A DNA stretch of 32,000 nucleotides from Phycisphaera mikurensis NBRC 102666 (GTDB lineage: Bacteria > Planctomycetota > Phycisphaerae > Phycisphaerales > Phycisphaeraceae). Positions 28,750 through 32,000 of the stretch are shown piece after piece. Where the stretch lies: assembly GCF_000284115.1 (NCBI RefSeq), contig NC_017080.1, positions 3,060,001 to 3,092,000 on the forward strand, written 5' to 3'. The notes under the pieces were generated by a model. The model did no database searches and was not told the DNA's origin. It saw only the letters and a program-made list of their open reading frames with translations. The position numbers were made by a program, and so were the translations under genes. Numbering within the stretch: position 1 is the stretch's first letter; every line of letters begins with the position of its first letter.

Positions 28750-31535
28750 CGCTGCTCTCCCCCGCCTGGCTTCTGCTGCTCCTCCCCGCGGCGGCGGCGT
28801 GGTGGTTCCTCCGCCCCGCGGCGACGCTCCCGCGGGTGCTGCGGGCGGTCCTGCTCACGCTCATCGTCCTCGCGATGGCGGCGCCCGCGATCCGGCTCGA
28901 CGAGAAGTCCGGCACCGTCGTCGTGCTCGCCGACCGCAGCGCCTCCATGCCCGCCGACGCCGAGCGAGCCCAGCTGGAGGCGGCGACGCTGCTCGCGGAC
29001 GGGCTGGACCCCGACCGTCACAGGCTCGCGGTGATCGCCTTCGGGCGAGGCGTTGCCGTCGAAACGCCGCCCTCCGCCGCCGCGCCCGAGGCGTTCACGC
29101 AGGAGGTCGGGCCGGGTGCGTCAGGCCTTGCCGCCGCGCTCGATCGGGCGGCCGCGCTGCTGCCAGCCGACGCCCCCGGTCGGGTGCTCGTGCTGTCGGA
29201 CGGCCGCTTCACCGGGGCCGATCCCGGACCGGCCGCCGCCGCACTCGGCCAGCGCGGCGTTGCCGTGGACGTCCGCGAGATCTCCCGCCCCGCCACCGGC
29301 GACGCGGCGGTGCTGCGCGTCGGGGCGCCCGCTTCGGTCAGCCCGGGCGAGGCATTCGGCGTGTCCGCCTGGGTGTCGACGCCCGCCGCGGGATCCTTCG
29401 GCTACGAGCTGGTCCGCGGCGGGAACGTCGTCGCCCGCGGCGAGCGCGAGCTGCCCGCCGGCGTCTCCCGCCTCCGCTTCCGCGACCGCCTGACCGAGCC
29501 GGGCGCCGCCGGCTACGAGCTGCGGCTGACCGCGGCGGGCGGAACCGCCGACCCGGTCGCCGAGAACAACCGCGCCCGCTTCGTCGTCGGCGTCGCCGGC
29601 CCGCGGCCGCTGCTGCTCGTGACGGAGACGCCCGGCGGTGGCCTCGCGACGCTGCTCCGCGACGCCGGCCTCGACGTGACCGCGGTCGCGCCCGAGGAGC
29701 TCGAAGCCGGCGCGATCCAGCTCGCCAGCGCCTCGGGCGTGATCCTCGAGAACGTCGCCGCCGCCGACGTGCCCGCCGGCTGGACCGACGACCTCGCCGG
29801 CCTCGTCGAGGACACCGGCACCGGGCTGTGGATGACCGGCGGCAGGCAGGGCTTCGGCCCCGGCGGCTGGTTCGGCTCGGCCATCGACCCGCTGCTGCCG
29901 GTGTCGATGGAGCTGCGGCAGGAGCACCGCAAGCTCGCGCTGGCGATCGTCGTCGCGCTCGATCGCTCCGGCTCGATGTCGATGACCGTGCCCGGCGGCA
30001 AGCAGAAGATGGACCTGGCGAACCTGGGCACCGCCCAGGTGCTCGACCTGCTCTCGCCGATGGACGAGATGGGCGTGATCGCGGTGGACTCCTCCGCCCA
30101 CACGATCGCCGACCTCGCCCCGGTGAGCGACAAGGCGAAGCTACGCAACGACATCCTGCAGATCGAATCGATCGGCGGGGGCATCTTCGTGTTCCAGGCG
30201 CTGAAGGCCTCGGCGGAGATGCTCAGCGATGCCCGGGCCGGCACGCGCCACATCGTGCTCTTCGCCGACGCCGCCGATGCCGTGGAGCCCGGGGCGTACG
30301 CCGCCCTGCTCGCGCAGTGCCGGGCCGCGAACATCACCTGCAGCGTGATCGGCCTCGGCCGCGACACCGACCCCGACGCCGCCTTCCTCCGCGACGTCGC
30401 CGCTCGGGGCGGCGGGCGGATCTTCTTTACCGAGGACGCCCGCAAGCTGCCGGCCCTCTTCGCGCAGGACACCTTCGCCGTCGCCCGCTCCGCCTTCGTG
30501 GATGAGCCGACGCCGCTGGCCGCGACGGCGGCGCTCGCGCCGCTGCTGGGCGCCGCCGCCCCGCCGCCGGGCCCGCCCGCCGTCGGCGGCTTCGGGCTGA
30601 CCTACCTCCGCCCCGAGGCCACGCCTGCGATCCTGACCGCCGACGACTTCAGAGCCCCCTTCGTCGCCACCTGGTCCGCCGGCCTCGGCCGCGCCGCCGC
30701 CCTCACCGGCGAGGCCGACGGCGAGCACACCGGGAGCCTCCGCGGCTGGCCCGCCTACGGCGACCTGCTCGCCAGCCTCGCCCGCTTCACCGCCGGAGGC
30801 TCTTCGGATGCGCGCGGCGGCGCTCCACCGGTCGGCCCGCCCGGCTCCCTCGCCCGCCAGCGCGTCGACGACGGCGAACTGACCGTCGAGCTGCTGCTCG
30901 ACCCGGCGGCCGCGCCGCCCCGCGCGGAGATCTCCGCCCGCGTGGTCGTCTCCCGCCCCGGCCAGCCGCCGCGCCGGCTGCGTGTGCCGCTGCGGTACGC
31001 CGAGCCCGACCGCCTCGCCGCCACGGTCCCGCTCGCCGCCGAGGACACCGCCGTCGCCGCCGTGGACTTTGGCGACGGCACCGCCGCCCCGCTCCCGCCG
31101 GCACGCCTGCTCTACGACCCCGAGTACGCGCCCGCGCAGGAGGCCTCCCGCGGCCCCGCCACGCTCGCCGCCCTCGCCCGCGCCACCGGCGGCGTCCGCC
31201 GCGCCGACCTGGGCACCCTCTGGGACGACCTGCCCGCCGTCCCGCGGACCGTCCCGCTGGCGTGGCTCCTGTGGCTCGCGTCCGCGGCGGTGCTGCTGCT
31301 GGAGGTGCTCGAACGCCGCACCGGCTGGCTCTCCGCTCCCGCCGAAGCCCGCGGCCCCTCGGGAAGCGCCGCCGATGACGGCCGCGACGCTCCGACGCCG
31401 AAGCGGGCAACCGCCGCGAAGCCCCCAGCGGCGGCCGAAGCCGCGCCCGCAGCACCCCAGGCCCCGCTTCCATCCACCGGCCTCGGCTCCGCGTTCGACG
31501 CCGCCTCCCGCCGGGGGCGGGAGCGCATGAAGTGA
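28746..31535 (+). CDS. Large membrane protein with two vWA-type MIDAS motifs and a glutamine-amidotransferase-like region
   Basis: VVVLADRSASMPADAERAQLEAA and IVVALDRSGSMSMTVPGGKQKMDLANLG; between them RPLLLVTETPGGGLATLLRDAGLDVTAV...LWMTGGRQGFGPGGWFGSAIDPLLPV. GTG start, overlaps upstream stop. Confidence 0.88.
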   Translation: MTLLSPAWLLLLLPAAAAWWFLRPAATLPRVLRAVLLTLIVLAMAAPAIRLDEKSGTVVVLADRSASMPADAERAQLEAATLLADGLDPDRHRLAVIAFGRGVAVETPPSAAAPEAFTQEVGPGASGLAAALDRAAALLPADAPGRVLVLSDGRFTGADPGPAAAALGQRGVAVDVREISRPATGDAAVLRVGAPASVSPGEAFGVSAWVSTPAAGSFGYELVRGGNVVARGERELPAGVSRLRFRDRLTEPGAAGYELRLTAAGGTADPVAENNRARFVVGVAGPRPLLLVTETPGGGLATLLRDAGLDVTAVAPEELEAGAIQLASASGVILENVAAADVPAGWTDDLAGLVEDTGTGLWMTGGRQGFGPGGWFGSAIDPLLPVSMELRQEHRKLALAIVVALDRSGSMSMTVPGGKQKMDLANLGTAQVLDLLSPMDEMGVIAVDSSAHTIADLAPVSDKAKLRNDILQIESIGGGIFVFQALKASAEMLSDARAGTRHIVLFADAADAVEPGAYAALLAQCRAANITCSVIGLGRDTDPDAAFLRDVAARGGGRIFFTEDARKLPALFAQDTFAVARSAFVDEPTPLAATAALAPLLGAAAPPPGPPAVGGFGLTYLRPEATPAILTADDFRAPFVATWSAGLGRAAALTGEADGEHTGSLRGWPAYGDLLASLARFTAGGSSDARGGAPPVGPPGSLARQRVDDGELTVELLLDPAAAPPRAEISARVVVSRPGQPPRRLRVPLRYAEPDRLAATVPLAAEDTAVAAVDFGDGTAAPLPPARLLYDPEYAPAQEASRGPATLAALARATGGVRRADLGTLWDDLPAVPRTVPLAWLLWLASAAVLLLEVLERRTGWLSAPAEARGPSGSAADDGRDAPTPKRATAAKPPAAAEAAPAAPQAPLPSTGLGSAFDAASRRGRERMK

Positions 31536-31604
31536 GTCCGCTACGCCCAGCTCCGCCTTGGCTAAGTTGGACCCACCTCCAGCCGATGGGCGTGGACTCC
31601 CACC

Positions 31605-31859
31605 ATGACGTTCGCAAACATCCACAACGCCAAGACGCACCTCTCGAAGCTGGTGGCTGCCGCGGAGGCCGGCGAAGACGTGGTCATTGCGCGGGCGGGC
31701 AAGCCGGTCGTGCGGATGATCCCGTTCGAGAAGCCGGACACCGGGTTCGACTTCCGGGTCCCGGACCAGTTCACCGGGGAGATCTGGATGTCGGACGACT
31801 TCGATGATCCCGTCGACTTCGGGACGAACGACGATCCCGAGGATCTGGCCGAGCGATGA
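31605..31859 (+). CDS. Phd/YefM-type antitoxin (prevent-host-death family)
   Basis: NIHNAKTHLSKLVAAAEAGEDVVIARAGKPVVRMIP. Confidence 0.92.
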   Translation: MTFANIHNAKTHLSKLVAAAEAGEDVVIARAGKPVVRMIPFEKPDTGFDFRVPDQFTGEIWMSDDFDDPVDFGTNDDPEDLAER

Positions 31860-32000
31860 GCTTCGGGCTCCATCCAGAGGGCTACCTCCTCGACACGCAC
31901 GTCCTGCTGCGGTGGCAGTTCGAAAGTGCGCGTCTCCCTGAGCGGGTGAGGGAGCTGCTGCGACGCGAGGACCCTCGGATCATCGTGTCGGTCTGCTCGC
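31856..32000 (+). CDS. PIN-domain toxin, VapC-like (3' truncated by window edge)
   Basis: GYLLDTHVLLRWQFESARLPERVRELL; ATGA overlap with the antitoxin. Confidence 0.85.
   Translation, partial: MSFGLHPEGYLLDTHVLLRWQFESARLPERVRELLRREDPRIIVSVCS

Noticed and set aside
17931-31535. MoxR/vWA cluster as an antiphage ternary or defence system
   Set aside because: The BatA-type membrane domain, DUF58 and ABC-2 exporter point to an envelope housekeeping role; no nuclease, helicase or other effector is present in the window.

Overview
This is a 32 kb chromosomal window from a very GC-rich bacterium. Gene content and an apparently unlinked 16S gene suggest Planctomycetes, perhaps Phycisphaerae (inference only). 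Supported content, left to right: 3' end of folE2; an MFS/PlsC-type acyltransferase fusion; about 1.4 kb with no convincing gene; a minus-strand 16S rRNA gene with its own processing stem and terminator; a CusF-like lipoprotein; a heptose/Kdo group (hldD, kdsC, kdsD); scpA; exbD plus a CARDB/TonB-like protein; a detached atpG-atpZ pair; an LMW protein-tyrosine phosphatase; a fructosamine kinase; a long same-strand MoxR / membrane protein / ABC-2 exporter / DUF58 / BatA-type / double-vWA cluster; and a Phd/PIN toxin-antitoxin pair at the right edge. The strongest unexplained signal is a dispersed fixed-length inverted repeat, CCGCGGACSG-N26-CSGTCCGCGG, exactly 46 nt from end to end. I count eight good and two weaker copies by eye. 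Three good copies start 2-6 nt after a stop codon and others lie inside coding regions. Two other palindromic intergenic element types, a long stem enclosing the 16S gene, and a 36-bp in-frame minisatellite in exbD are also visible. No CRISPR array, transposase, tRNA or obvious defence island was found.
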